64,000 bases of DNA from Kiritimatiellia bacterium (lineage in GTDB: Bacteria; Verrucomicrobiota; Kiritimatiellia; JAAZAB01): NCBI GenBank assembly GCA_050944835.1, contig JBMNRV010000008.1, positions 7,001 to 71,000 on the forward strand, given 5' to 3'. Positions 1 through 9,003 of the stretch are shown here, one piece after another. Position 1 is the first letter of the stretch. Every line of letters begins with the position of its first letter. Both the position numbers and the translations under genes were made by a program. The notes beneath the pieces are model-generated. The model was not told where the DNA came from, made no database searches, and worked only from the letters and a program-made list of their open reading frames with translations.

Positions 1-72
1 AATCCTCTGGCCCTGGATAAAACCCGTTTTCGTCGGCGCCGTGATGCCGGCGCATTAGTTGCTCTTGGCATG
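1..72 (-). CDS. rplT: 50S ribosomal protein L20, N-terminal part (gene runs off the window edge)
   Basis: Minus-strand translation from ATG at 72..70 gives MPRATNAPASRRRRKRVLSRARGF..., typical L20 N-terminus (MxR..RG...R.R.K.L..AKG.). It lies directly downstream of rpmI, as in the conserved rpmI-rplT operon. Confidence 0.75.
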
Positions 73-126
73 GATACCTCTCCGATTTAATGATCAATTT
101 AATGTCAAATAATTGCCGGCAAAGCG

Positions 127-315
127 TTAAATCAAATTAACGAGGCGCTTGGTCTCCACAGGCGCAAGCGTCCTGCCTTTGCGCATCTTCCGTTTGCGTT
201 TGCTGGTCTTGGATGACAACAAGTGGCTGCGCGCTGCGCCGGTGTGTGTCAGCTTGCCAGTGGCTGTTTTGCGGAACCGCTTGGCCACAGCTTTTTTGGT
301 TTTCATTTTCGGCAT
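127..315 (-). CDS. rpmI: 50S ribosomal protein L35
   Basis: 62 aa, very basic: [24 protein letters not shown]...[10 protein letters not shown]. Classic L35 sequence pattern and size. Confidence 0.9.
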   Translation of the reverse strand: MPKMKTKKAVAKRFRKTATGKLTHTGAARSHLLSSKTSKRKRKMRKGRTLAPVETKRLVNLI

Positions 316-383
316 AATTTATGCTCCTGATAGTTATCGGTTTGCCAGCCGGCGGCTGGGCTGCCGACAGGAAACAACTCGTC

Positions 384-412
384 CTTATATCTATTTACAG
401 CGCCTATGTCAA
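384..412 (-). promoter_or_regulatory. Putative sigma70-like promoter for rpmI-rplT (-35 TTGACA at 412..407, 17-nt spacer, -10 TATAAG at 389..384)
   Basis: Reverse complement of 384-412 reads TTGACAtaggcgctgtaaatagaTATAAG. It sits ~70 nt upstream of the rpmI start, with no infC between it and the upstream gene. Confidence 0.35.
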
Positions 413-483
413 CGTTTGTTTACGTTTTTGCTCAACATTCTATTTCGTTTCCTGAATTTCAAATGCCGTTTTTAGGCTTGTTA

Positions 484-3400
484 TCAGGGGTTGCCAGCCA
501 GCCAGCGAATGCTGTTGATTAGTATTTTAAATTCGATGTCAGGGCCGACGGCAGTAATAAAATTCAACTTGCCGTCAGCTTGGGTGACTGCCTGACAGCC
601 GAGCTCCAAACCGCAGAGAACCACGCGGCCGGCGCCGACAGCGCCGGCTACGACCACATTTTCCGGCTTGCCAGTACGTCCCGATTGGCTGCGCACCAAC
701 ACCTGGCCGTTTGTACCGGGCAGCAGATTAATGAAATCCGGGAAGGCGCTAGTAAATAGTTTTCCGCTCTGCAAGCCAGGCATGCCGTCTGCCAAGCCCT
801 TTCCGGTCAGAGCTGGATGGTCGGCCACGATTTCCATTTCGGGGTAGGGCACATAGTCCACTCCCCGTCCCAGTTCTGGGAACATAGCGCGGCTGGCCAC
901 GCCATACCCGACTGCATGATGCACGAGGAGCGCTCCGCCACCGCCGGTGACATATTCACGAATATGCCGTTCCCAGCCGTCTGCCGGCGCGGCTTTCCGT
1001 ATGTTGCCGACAACCACCACGTCAAACGAGTTAAGTGTTTCAGGCGTCAGACTATCAATCACGGTCACTATCATATTCGGCGGTGGCGGTTGCAAGGCCT
1101 CGACCAGACCCAGTTGGCCGGAATGTGACGTGTTTCTCTGGATGCCGGGATGGACGAATACTCCCACATTGATTTTACCCGGAATTTTCGGTTGCACCGG
1201 TTCGATTTTACGATTACTCTGACGGTATAGAAATTTCATTCCCGGTTGCCGACAATAAAAGGCCGCAGTCTGCGGCGCTGGTTGCGCAATCGGCAGCACG
1301 GTTTTCGCACTGGGGACAATGGCGAAAAATCCAGCCGATTCCGCCGGCAGATTACAGGTCAGTGAGGCGTTGGTCAGCATACCCTGTGCGCCCGTGCGCA
1401 TGTTGACCCAGGCGGCTGGTTGGTCCAACGGTAGGTTGATGGTAAACTGTGCAGGATATTCGATGAAGGGCGAACGGTTAACGACGTTCAAAAGATAACG
1501 CCGCCCATCGGAATACAATACGGCATCCATGTCGGACGCACCGTCCGATTCGATGGTGACCGGTGGTGGGCCGGCCTCTCCAATGAGCAACGCCATTAAC
1601 TCTGCCTTGGCGGCTGGGTTAAGCGGTAATTTTTCACTGATGAATTCGCCGGTATAAAGCAGTTTGCCGCTATTGATGACGCGGCGGCGGATGGGGTGGC
1701 CGCCCACCATGCCAATGACTTCACCGCCCTGGCAGAGTTTTTGCATGATGGCGTTAGCAGTACAACTGGCGCCTTCGACGTAAGCGCAACCACCCTGTTG
1801 GATAAAGGCTTGGATGACGGCGGCAAATTCTTGGGCGAGGTATTTGTTATCCGGCACTAGTAGGAGGCGGTATTCCCGCAGAGCTTCCAGTGTGAAAAAG
1901 CGGGAGAAGATCATCTCCATCTGGATGCCGTTCAGGTCGGCCAGCGCCAGCAGACCCCGTTCCACCGCCAGGTTGCTCTGCTCTTTCGGCATTTCCAGGT
2001 TGCGGATGGTTTCCACCAGCAGATTCTTGTCACGGAACAAGGCGGCATATTTTACCCGGGTCATCTCATTTAACAGACTGTTCATCCCGGAATATTTGAG
2101 CCAGCGATAATATGGGCCGATGATATCCGTGGTTTTCCAGGGCGCGATCTGGAAATAATCCGATCCGGAAAAGTACTGCATACTGGCGCCATACACCGTG
2201 CAGAGGTCCATTTGTTGCGCCAAGTTGCCTTCATCGGCATAGCCGATACAGTTTTCCACCCGGCTGCAATTGCCGAATGCGCCGCACGCATACATCAGCA
2301 GGCGCCGGTAATATGGGAGCGCTGAGTACAGGTCTATGCCGCCCATGTCGAGGTGTCGTGAATGTTCTTCCAAGTCTGACCAACGGAAAGCGTTGTCCAG
2401 ACCTTTGTAGTTGACCACGCTGGAAATGACAGTTTCCGGGTGGCGAGCGCGGATAGCCTGCGCGGCGTCGCGGGCTAGTTCAGTGATGATTTCGGTCCGA
2501 AACAGCAGAAGATTGGCGTAATCCCGGTCGCCGGGATTGCCCCAGTTGGCGGATTGCGGCAGTGGCATGGCGCCGCCATAACGCTGCTGGAACAGGGACT
2601 GGGCGACAGAGTTGGTGTTGTTCCATGAATACTCGTCCATGATGTGGATGTAATCGCCGCCGCCAAGCTGTGCCGATGCCTCCGCGCCATCGCCGAAAGT
2701 TTTCAGGTAATATATCCGATCTTTGACCGGGCAGGGTCGGGGTGCGTCAAACGCTTGCATCTCCTCTTTTGTGAAGGAGATAGTTGGAGGGAAACCAAAA
2801 ATAGCCAGGCCGTTGGCAGCGGCCAAACGCACGAGTTCCTCCCAGCAGGCCAGGTTGGCTGGATTTTGTCCGCCTTCCACGGCCGGACGGATGATGTTAG
2901 CGCCGTATTTAACAGCGGCGGCGACCAAGCGCCGCGCTTTTTCGCGTCCGGCTTCCGCCGGAGTGTCGGCCGCCAGGGTGGGTTTCATCCAGCGCGACCG
3001 TAAATAGATCACTTGGGTGTTATCGTGGCCCGGTTGAGGAATGGCCGGCGGCTTGAACTCTGCCAGGGATTGCCATGCGCCTAACTGGACTTCCGGTGGA
3101 TTGCGATAGGCGATGTAAGCTGCGCGGGCCTCAGGCCAGCCATTGCGCGTTAAAACGATAAGGGTATGGTGACGAGCCCCTGTCGGTTGCAGCCTCAGGT
3201 GGTTTGACAGACCGACATGTGCCAGGCGTTCCAAAGTGACAACCTGGGCCGATTCATGTTCGAAACAAAGTCCCACTCCTGCGCCTGCGGCATCCTGGAG
3301 GGCATACCAGCCTTCTTGCATAAAAGGTTTTAGATTATCGAAAGCCGCCGACGCCATGTCGCCTTTTTCAAACCGGGCTTCAATCAGACGGATACTCGAT

Positions 3401-4947
3401 GGTGATGCATAAGCCATCGTACAGTTGGCGGATTGTCCGCCCGGCGCCCAGCGGCTGGTAAGGCTAATTTCCCCGCCAGACTTCGGTAGAGTATAATCAT
3501 GGGCTATGGCCGGCAGGTCGCCGGCATATAAGACAAACCGGGCGGACTGCCCGGAAACGGGTTCCTGTTGTTCGATAACCACCCGCACCGGGCCGCGTTC
3601 CACGCACCGGGCCGGTATCCAGCGGTTGAGGTCCGTGTGGGTTGGCGCCAGCGCCATGCCGGTGTCAATATCGCGCCATCCGCTGATAAAATTTTCTGTG
3701 CAACCACTCCGCCAGCGCAATGATGCCAAGCCAGGTTGATCCGGCAGAAAGCAAGCAGTAATGGCATCGTTGGCGATTTCCAGCATGGCGCTGGATTCCG
3801 TCACCACCAGCCCGGGCAAACCATCTACCTCCGCTGGCGGCGTATCCGGTCCATCCGTATAGAGAAAAAAGAGCAAATGCCCGTATGGTAGCAGGTCGGT
3901 CTGAAAGATTATTTCCGTTTGATTGTCGGGTAGGGCGGCAGTCTGTGCAGGGATAACCGTGCCGTAATCGGTCGTAAGGCGGAATCCACCTGACAAGGCC
4001 GCCGTATCCAGAACGATGCCGGCCGGTGCAGCACGCCGCGTCAGCCCCACCGGCTCGGCCACCAGGATCGGTCGGCGTTTTTTATACTCCAGTAGATGCC
4101 AGGTCGCGCGCTGGTTTGCTTCCGCCAGATAAAGTGGATTAACCGATGGGTTGGCCATGGCGAATTCATCCGTGGCGGTGACGGCCATGCCGGGTCCACC
4201 GGCCCGGATATTTTCGCCGAGCAGCAGCGACCAGATATTTTCAAAGACAGCGGAATTTTTTTCGCTCATCAATGCGGCCAACTGGGAAAAATAGATTCGC
4301 CCCCCTCCGGCGGCATTCCGGCATTCCAGCAACACGGCGGCTTGGGGACTGACTTCCATGCGTGCCAGCGTCGTCATGCCTTCCGGCGTCTGTAGCCAGC
4401 CGCCGTACCCGGCGGAAAAGGGCGCTGTCGGCAACACATTCGGCGCGCGTCCGAGGGCGGCCAAGCCGGCCTCAGTCAAAACACCCTTGTAATCGCAATG
4501 AGTGGTTTTATCACAGGCCGGTGGCGGGATTATGCCGATACTCCGCAGGAATGCGGCACCGGGGCCGTCCATGACGGCGGCATAGGTGTTATAGTCGAAA
4601 AAAAGCACACCGTCCCGCGACAGGAACTCACGGATGGCCGCTTGGTAAGCGCCCTTGGCGAAAATATCGCGCGCCGCGTTTTCTCCGTTGCGCATGACGA
4701 TCAGCGCCCGGGCATGCTTCAAAGCATTCTCAAACTCCTCTCCGACGGTTTGGCTGATCTTATGCTGATTATAGACCTCCACCCGTACGCCATATTGTTG
4801 CATCTGGGGCATGGCCTTGTCGTCGGCGGCCAGCGCCAAGATGGATATTTCTGCCGCGCCGACTGTTCTTCCTACCACCAGCAGACTGAGCAGACATAAT
4901 AGCCGGCAATATCTGTAAAGTTTGCCATGCTTGAACTCTTTATTCAT
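484..4947 (-). CDS. Giant secreted multidomain glycoside-hydrolase-like protein (1487 aa). It has a central GH42-like (beta-galactosidase-type) TIM-barrel region plus N- and C-terminal ThuA/class-I glutamine-amidotransferase-like (beta-gal trimerisation-like) domains.
   Basis: N-terminal signal peptide (MNKEF...CLLSLLVVGRTVGAAE). Central region shows GH42-like TIM-barrel features (YIAYRNPPEV..., ...GDYIHIMDEYSW...) followed by an 'LLLVPD' trimerisation-type segment. The C-terminal 'FDVVVVGN...GGGALLVHHAVGY' is ThuA/DJ-1-like. Family assignment is by motif recall only. Confidence 0.5.
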   Translation of the reverse strand: MNKEFKHGKLYRYCRLLCLLSLLVVGRTVGAAEISILALAADDKAMPQMQQYGVRVEVYNQHKISQTVGEEFENALKHARALIVMRNGENAARDIFAKGAYQAAIREFLSRDGVLFFDYNTYAAVMDGPGAAFLRSIGIIPPPACDKTTHCDYKGVLTEAGLAALGRAPNVLPTAPFSAGYGGWLQTPEGMTTLARMEVSPQAAVLLECRNAAGGGRIYFSQLAALMSEKNSAVFENIWSLLLGENIRAGGPGMAVTATDEFAMANPSVNPLYLAEANQRATWHLLEYKKRRPILVAEPVGLTRRAAPAGIVLDTAALSGGFRLTTDYGTVIPAQTAALPDNQTEIIFQTDLLPYGHLLFFLYTDGPDTPPAEVDGLPGLVVTESSAMLEIANDAITACFLPDQPGLASLRWRSGCTENFISGWRDIDTGMALAPTHTDLNRWIPARCVERGPVRVVIEQQEPVSGQSARFVLYAGDLPAIAHDYTLPKSGGEISLTSRWAPGGQSANCTMAYASPSSIRLIEARFEKGDMASAAFDNLKPFMQEGWYALQDAAGAGVGLCFEHESAQVVTLERLAHVGLSNHLRLQPTGARHHTLIVLTRNGWPEARAAYIAYRNPPEVQLGAWQSLAEFKPPAIPQPGHDNTQVIYLRSRWMKPTLAADTPAEAGREKARRLVAAAVKYGANIIRPAVEGGQNPANLACWEELVRLAAANGLAIFGFPPTISFTKEEMQAFDAPRPCPVKDRIYYLKTFGDGAEASAQLGGGDYIHIMDEYSWNNTNSVAQSLFQQRYGGAMPLPQSANWGNPGDRDYANLLLFRTEIITELARDAAQAIRARHPETVISSVVNYKGLDNAFRWSDLEEHSRHLDMGGIDLYSALPYYRRLLMYACGAFGNCSRVENCIGYADEGNLAQQMDLCTVYGASMQYFSGSDYFQIAPWKTTDIIGPYYRWLKYSGMNSLLNEMTRVKYAALFRDKNLLVETIRNLEMPKEQSNLAVERGLLALADLNGIQMEMIFSRFFTLEALREYRLLLVPDNKYLAQEFAAVIQAFIQQGGCAYVEGASCTANAIMQKLCQGGEVIGMVGGHPIRRRVINSGKLLYTGEFISEKLPLNPAAKAELMALLIGEAGPPPVTIESDGASDMDAVLYSDGRRYLLNVVNRSPFIEYPAQFTINLPLDQPAAWVNMRTGAQGMLTNASLTCNLPAESAGFFAIVPSAKTVLPIAQPAPQTAAFYCRQPGMKFLYRQSNRKIEPVQPKIPGKINVGVFVHPGIQRNTSHSGQLGLVEALQPPPPNMIVTVIDSLTPETLNSFDVVVVGNIRKAAPADGWERHIREYVTGGGGALLVHHAVGYGVASRAMFPELGRGVDYVPYPEMEIVADHPALTGKGLADGMPGLQSGKLFTSAFPDFINLLPGTNGQVLVRSQSGRTGKPENVVVAGAVGAGRVVLCGLELGCQAVTQADGKLNFITAVGPDIEFKILINSIRWLAGNP

Positions 4948-5270
4948 CTTGAGCCATGTCCTACTTGGGTGTGGTTAACCGTCCACCATATTACCACATC
5001 ATATAGATGTGACAGCGTTAATATATTCCGAAAGGACGGCAAAAGCAAATATAATTATAATCCTTGTTAAATTTTGGTTGCTGTTAGCATTTGTTTAAAG
5101 TATTGGACTACAATGAGTTAATTGGTGTTATATGGTGTGTCATTAAAGACTTAGGACGCCAAAAAAAACTTTTTGCGCTTGTTTTTTGAGGGGTATAGCC
5201 TATACTTTGTCGCAAGTTTTTTAACTGGCTGTCCACACTGGGCGGACGCCAGAATAGTTACCGTGAATAC

Positions 5271-7724
5271 TTGATGGACACAGCGCTTTTACCTTATCCG
5301 CAAGTGGTGAAAATTTCGCCGACGCTCCGGCCAGACGCGGGTTTCAGCCGGGCGGAGACTTCGCTGGAAATGGGGCGGCGCGTTGCCGCTGCCGCAGTGG
5401 CGCTGGTCGGCGCCAACGGCGAACAGGCGCTGGAGATACGTCCGGATCCTACTATGGTTCGCCCGGATGAGTACCGTCTGGATTTTGCGCCGGAGCGCAT
5501 TCAACTGACGGCCGCCGGACCGGTCGGCGCATTTTATGGCATACAGACTCTTCGTCAGATGATTCGTGGCGTCGGCCTGCCCACCGTCGGCTTTATCTCC
5601 GATTGGGCGGATATTCCTATGCGCATTCAGCATATTGACTTGAAGCGACTGGGATGGAACTATGATTACCTTTGCGCTTTGCCTGCGCGTCTGGCGGAAT
5701 TGAAGATTAATTTTATCCTGCTGGAGTGCGAGGATAAATTCCAATTCGATTTCTATGATCAAATTTCCGTGCCATCGGCCTTTACTCCCGACCAATGGCG
5801 CAATTTCGGTCGTATTGCCCATGAGCATTTCATCGAAGTCATGCCGCTGGTTCAGTGTCTGGGTCACCTCGAATACGTCTTACGGTTGCCGCGCTATGCC
5901 GAATTAAGGGAAAATCCGGAGAATTCCTCCCAAGCTTGTCCACTGCATCCCGGGACCTTGGAGCTTTTTCAGCGCATGGCAGGCGAAATCATGGCGGCCT
6001 TTCCAGGCACCCGGTATTTTCATATCGGCGGCGATGAGCCTTTCCTGCTGGGTACTTGCCCGCGGTGTGCCGCGGTGGCCGCCGCCAACGGCAAGGGTGC
6101 GCTTTACGCGGATTATCTCAACCGGGCGTTGGGCTGGGTTCGGGATAGCTGCGGCAAAATCCCTGTTTTTTGGGCGGATATTGTATTGGCGCATCCCGAA
6201 GCCGCCACCGCTTGCAGCAAGGATGCCGTCGCCGTGGATTGGAATTACAAGCCGCTGGCGCTGCGGGAAAAGAGTGTGCTGACCCGCGCGCTTCCGGGCG
6301 GCAATATTGATGCGGAAAAGTATCGTCAATTGCCCGACGCCACGCGCATCCGAGTGGAAAAGTACCTGGAGTTCGACGCCGAGCGCGGTGATTTTTATTC
6401 CCTGCCGGGCGGCCCGCTGCTGCGTTACCTGGGATTTACGGTATTCAGCGCCAGCCACGTGGCACGGGCCGATAATGTGCTGGCACATTCGGCGTCCGTA
6501 TGCCGCCACGGTTTAGCTGGGCATCTTGCCACTTATTGGGCCTCAGCGGACTCGCTCCGACCGCCTTATACAGTTTTCGAGACGCGCTGGCCTGGTATCG
6601 CCATGTTGGGCGCTTCAGCTTGGAATTGCCAATACGAAACCGGGCATCGCGCTTCCTTTTACCAGCGGCTCAGCGCTGCGGGGGAAAACACTGTGGATTT
6701 AGCCGATGCATACGCGGCGCTGGATCAGGCTAACGCCTTGATCCCGCCCAACGACAATAATCGCAACGGTTCGGAATATTTCAAACTCATCGCGCAGGCA
6801 CGCGCTGCCATTCCGGCTGCTGCCGGACTGCACCAGGAAACCATACTGGGCTTTCTGGATAAAATCATCTTGGAGCGCCGTCTGGAAGAATTCAAGCAGC
6901 ACGAGCTGGCGCAGCCAATATTGCCGGAACACAGGTTCCGGCGGATAAATTTACAACCTTGGGTAAATGAAAAATTTTCCAATACCCCTGCCCAACCGGG
7001 CTGGACTCGGATTCCGAACAACGATCTGCGCGATTTTCCGCAGGGCGATGTGTGTTTTCTGGGCGTGCCTTTCCAGATTCTGGAGGAAGGCGCGGATGGC
7101 AACTCAACCGTGATTATGGCCGGTAATTTCCCGAGCTTGCCGCAATTCCAGCCGGCGGTGCGGGGCATCCGCATTGGATGCCGGGCGGCGGCGCTACATC
7201 TGGTGCACAGCCTGGTGGAGGGCAAAGCGAATCTGGACGGGTATTGCGGGAAATATGTGATCCATTACCATGATGGCACAGTCGAAGAAACGCCCCTCTA
7301 TCTCTACCGGCAGATCGGCGCCTGGTGGCGGATTCTGGATGCTGCCGAGGCGCCGGTGGCTTGGTCGGGCGTCAACCAGCAGCGCGTGAATGTCGGGTTG
7401 CACCTGTTTAACTGGTTTAATAAACGTCCCGATGTGGAAATTGTGGCATTAGATATCATCTGCGAAGCGCCGGCATTGCTGTGCCTGGCCGGGGTGACGG
7501 TATCTCTGCCTGCCGGAGCGGGAGCCGTTGGCCAGGACGCTCCGCACTCGGCCATCGGGAAGGCGCTCGACTGTTTGATACGTGAGGAGCAGGCATTGCA
7601 GCAGCGTATTAATAGTATTTTAAGAGGCTGTTTGTCGGCGGATGGCGCAGATGAGGCTGTCCGTGTTGGTTTTGAACCAGTCATGCATTTTCTTTCCGGT
7701 TTGCAAAAAATATGCAGGTTATAA
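5271..7724 (+). CDS. GH20-family beta-N-acetylhexosaminidase-like protein (817 aa) with extra C-terminal domains
   Basis: Catalytic-domain hallmark motif 'HIGGDE' (H-x-G-G-D-E acid/base pair of GH20), in a (beta/alpha)8-like context (RIQHIDLKR..., EVMPLVQCLGHLEY). Confidence 0.7.
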   Translation: MMDTALLPYPQVVKISPTLRPDAGFSRAETSLEMGRRVAAAAVALVGANGEQALEIRPDPTMVRPDEYRLDFAPERIQLTAAGPVGAFYGIQTLRQMIRGVGLPTVGFISDWADIPMRIQHIDLKRLGWNYDYLCALPARLAELKINFILLECEDKFQFDFYDQISVPSAFTPDQWRNFGRIAHEHFIEVMPLVQCLGHLEYVLRLPRYAELRENPENSSQACPLHPGTLELFQRMAGEIMAAFPGTRYFHIGGDEPFLLGTCPRCAAVAAANGKGALYADYLNRALGWVRDSCGKIPVFWADIVLAHPEAATACSKDAVAVDWNYKPLALREKSVLTRALPGGNIDAEKYRQLPDATRIRVEKYLEFDAERGDFYSLPGGPLLRYLGFTVFSASHVARADNVLAHSASVCRHGLAGHLATYWASADSLRPPYTVFETRWPGIAMLGASAWNCQYETGHRASFYQRLSAAGENTVDLADAYAALDQANALIPPNDNNRNGSEYFKLIAQARAAIPAAAGLHQETILGFLDKIILERRLEEFKQHELAQPILPEHRFRRINLQPWVNEKFSNTPAQPGWTRIPNNDLRDFPQGDVCFLGVPFQILEEGADGNSTVIMAGNFPSLPQFQPAVRGIRIGCRAAALHLVHSLVEGKANLDGYCGKYVIHYHDGTVEETPLYLYRQIGAWWRILDAAEAPVAWSGVNQQRVNVGLHLFNWFNKRPDVEIVALDIICEAPALLCLAGVTVSLPAGAGAVGQDAPHSAIGKALDCLIREEQALQQRINSILRGCLSADGADEAVRVGFEPVMHFLSGLQKICRL

Positions 7725-7741
7725 AAAAAGGAGGTCGTCGG

Positions 7742-8947
7742 ATGAATGTATGGAGAAATTGCAGGCAGTTGGCAGTGGCAGCGCTTTGTGTGATCGCTGT
7801 AGTGGCGGGTGCGCAAACCACTTGGTATGTGGCGATGACCGGCGTGGATTCCAACGATGCGGGGCGTGGGAAAAGTTGGGAATTGCCGTTTCGCACGATC
7901 AGCAACGGTGTAGCAAAGGCGTTGGCGGGCGATACGGTCATGGTCTCCAATGGCGTATATACCAACCTGACGGAACTTATCATTTCCCGGGATATTACCC
8001 TTAAAAGCGCCAATGGCGCCGCGGTCACTGTGATTGACGGCAATCATCCCACAATAACCAACCGTTGTATGAAAATCAGCTCTCTAAACGCTGTGGTAGA
8101 TGGATTCACCATCTACAACGGATATGCGCCCATAGGGCTGGGTGGCGGAGTTTTAATTGACCGGGGCGGCACAGTTGTGAACTGCAACATTGTCAGCAAT
8201 AAAGCCGGTTCCGGCAGTGGTTATGGCGGTGGAGGTGTGGTCATTGATGCCACCGGCTTGGTGGCCAACTGTCTGATTGCCTGGAACACAACGCCGAATC
8301 CTAATACACATGGCGGCGGCGTCACTCTCAAGTCCGGGACTACGAATGCATTGTTGTTGAACTGCATAATTGCGCATAATACCGCCAGCCGCAATGGCGC
8401 CGGCATCTACTTTTTCGGCGGAATTGCACGGTACTGTCTGGTGCAGCATAACCGTACAGGTGGCGGCAGCGGGGGCGGCAGCTTTTTGTTTAATGCCGGC
8501 TTGCTTGAAAACTGTACGATTGTCAGCAATAGCTGTACTAATGGTCATGGCGGCGGGGTTTTTATGTCGTCTTCCAGTTCCGGCACCGGCGCCGTCATAA
8601 ATTGCGTGGTTTATTCAAACGTGGCGAGAAGCGCCGCCACGGCGAATATAGGCATATCCGATGGCGGCGTGGGAGTTTTTTCCAATTCCTGTTATTATCC
8701 GGAGCTGCCGGCAGATTCTCAGGCGGTGTCGGGGAACAATACGACTAATAACCCCTTGTTTGTCGGGTTTGCGGAAGGTAATTACCGGTTGCGGTCGGGA
8801 TCACCTTGCGTTAATACCGCCATGCTGCAGCCGTGGATGCCGTGTTCCGACCAAGATGGGCACACGGTACCCGACCGATTTTCCGGGCTGCCGGATATGG
8901 GTTGCTATGAGCTGCTCCGACAAGGTGTGATGTTCAGGTTGAAATAA
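7742..8947 (+). CDS. Secreted right-handed parallel beta-helix repeat protein (pectate-lyase fold; putative polysaccharide lyase/hydrolase or adhesin)
   Basis: RBS AGGAGG at 7729-7734 then ATG at 7742. Signal peptide (MNVWRNCRQLAVAALCVIAVVAGAQ). Many Gly/Asn-rich beta-helix rungs (NGxxxGGGVxxx, NCxIxxN repeats). The ORF track starts at 7712, but the internal ATG with an SD is more likely. Confidence 0.6.
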   Translation: MNVWRNCRQLAVAALCVIAVVAGAQTTWYVAMTGVDSNDAGRGKSWELPFRTISNGVAKALAGDTVMVSNGVYTNLTELIISRDITLKSANGAAVTVIDGNHPTITNRCMKISSLNAVVDGFTIYNGYAPIGLGGGVLIDRGGTVVNCNIVSNKAGSGSGYGGGGVVIDATGLVANCLIAWNTTPNPNTHGGGVTLKSGTTNALLLNCIIAHNTASRNGAGIYFFGGIARYCLVQHNRTGGGSGGGSFLFNAGLLENCTIVSNSCTNGHGGGVFMSSSSSGTGAVINCVVYSNVARSAATANIGISDGGVGVFSNSCYYPELPADSQAVSGNNTTNNPLFVGFAEGNYRLRSGSPCVNTAMLQPWMPCSDQDGHTVPDRFSGLPDMGCYELLRQGVMFRLK

Positions 8948-9003
8948 ACCTGAATCACACTCTTTTCAAGGGCTTATGATTTTTTTTTGGAAAGTCCACC
9001 AGA

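Noticed and set aside
149-475. 108-aa plus-strand ORF antisense to rpmI and spanning the rpmI upstream region
   Set aside because: It overlaps a highly confident ribosomal-protein gene on the opposite strand and an intergenic leader. The translation is low-complexity and Leu/Arg-rich, typical of an antisense reading frame in GC-rich DNA.
807-4899. Numerous 60-130-aa ORFs on both strands inside the 484..4947 giant gene (e.g. 817..1128+, 2644..3003+, 4498..4899+)
   Set aside because: All are nested within, or antisense to, a continuous 1487-aa ORF with clear domain content. Their composition (Arg/Ala/Gly-rich) is what GC-rich alternative frames produce.
5289-6509. 192-aa and 201-aa minus-strand ORFs inside the GH20 gene
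   Set aside because: Antisense to a gene with a diagnostic HIGGDE motif; no independent signals.
8948-9003. Bidirectional terminator between the convergent beta-helix and acyl-CoA dehydrogenase genes (T9 tract at 8976..8985)
   Set aside because: There is a T-run but no convincing GC-rich stem immediately upstream on either strand. I could not support an intrinsic terminator.
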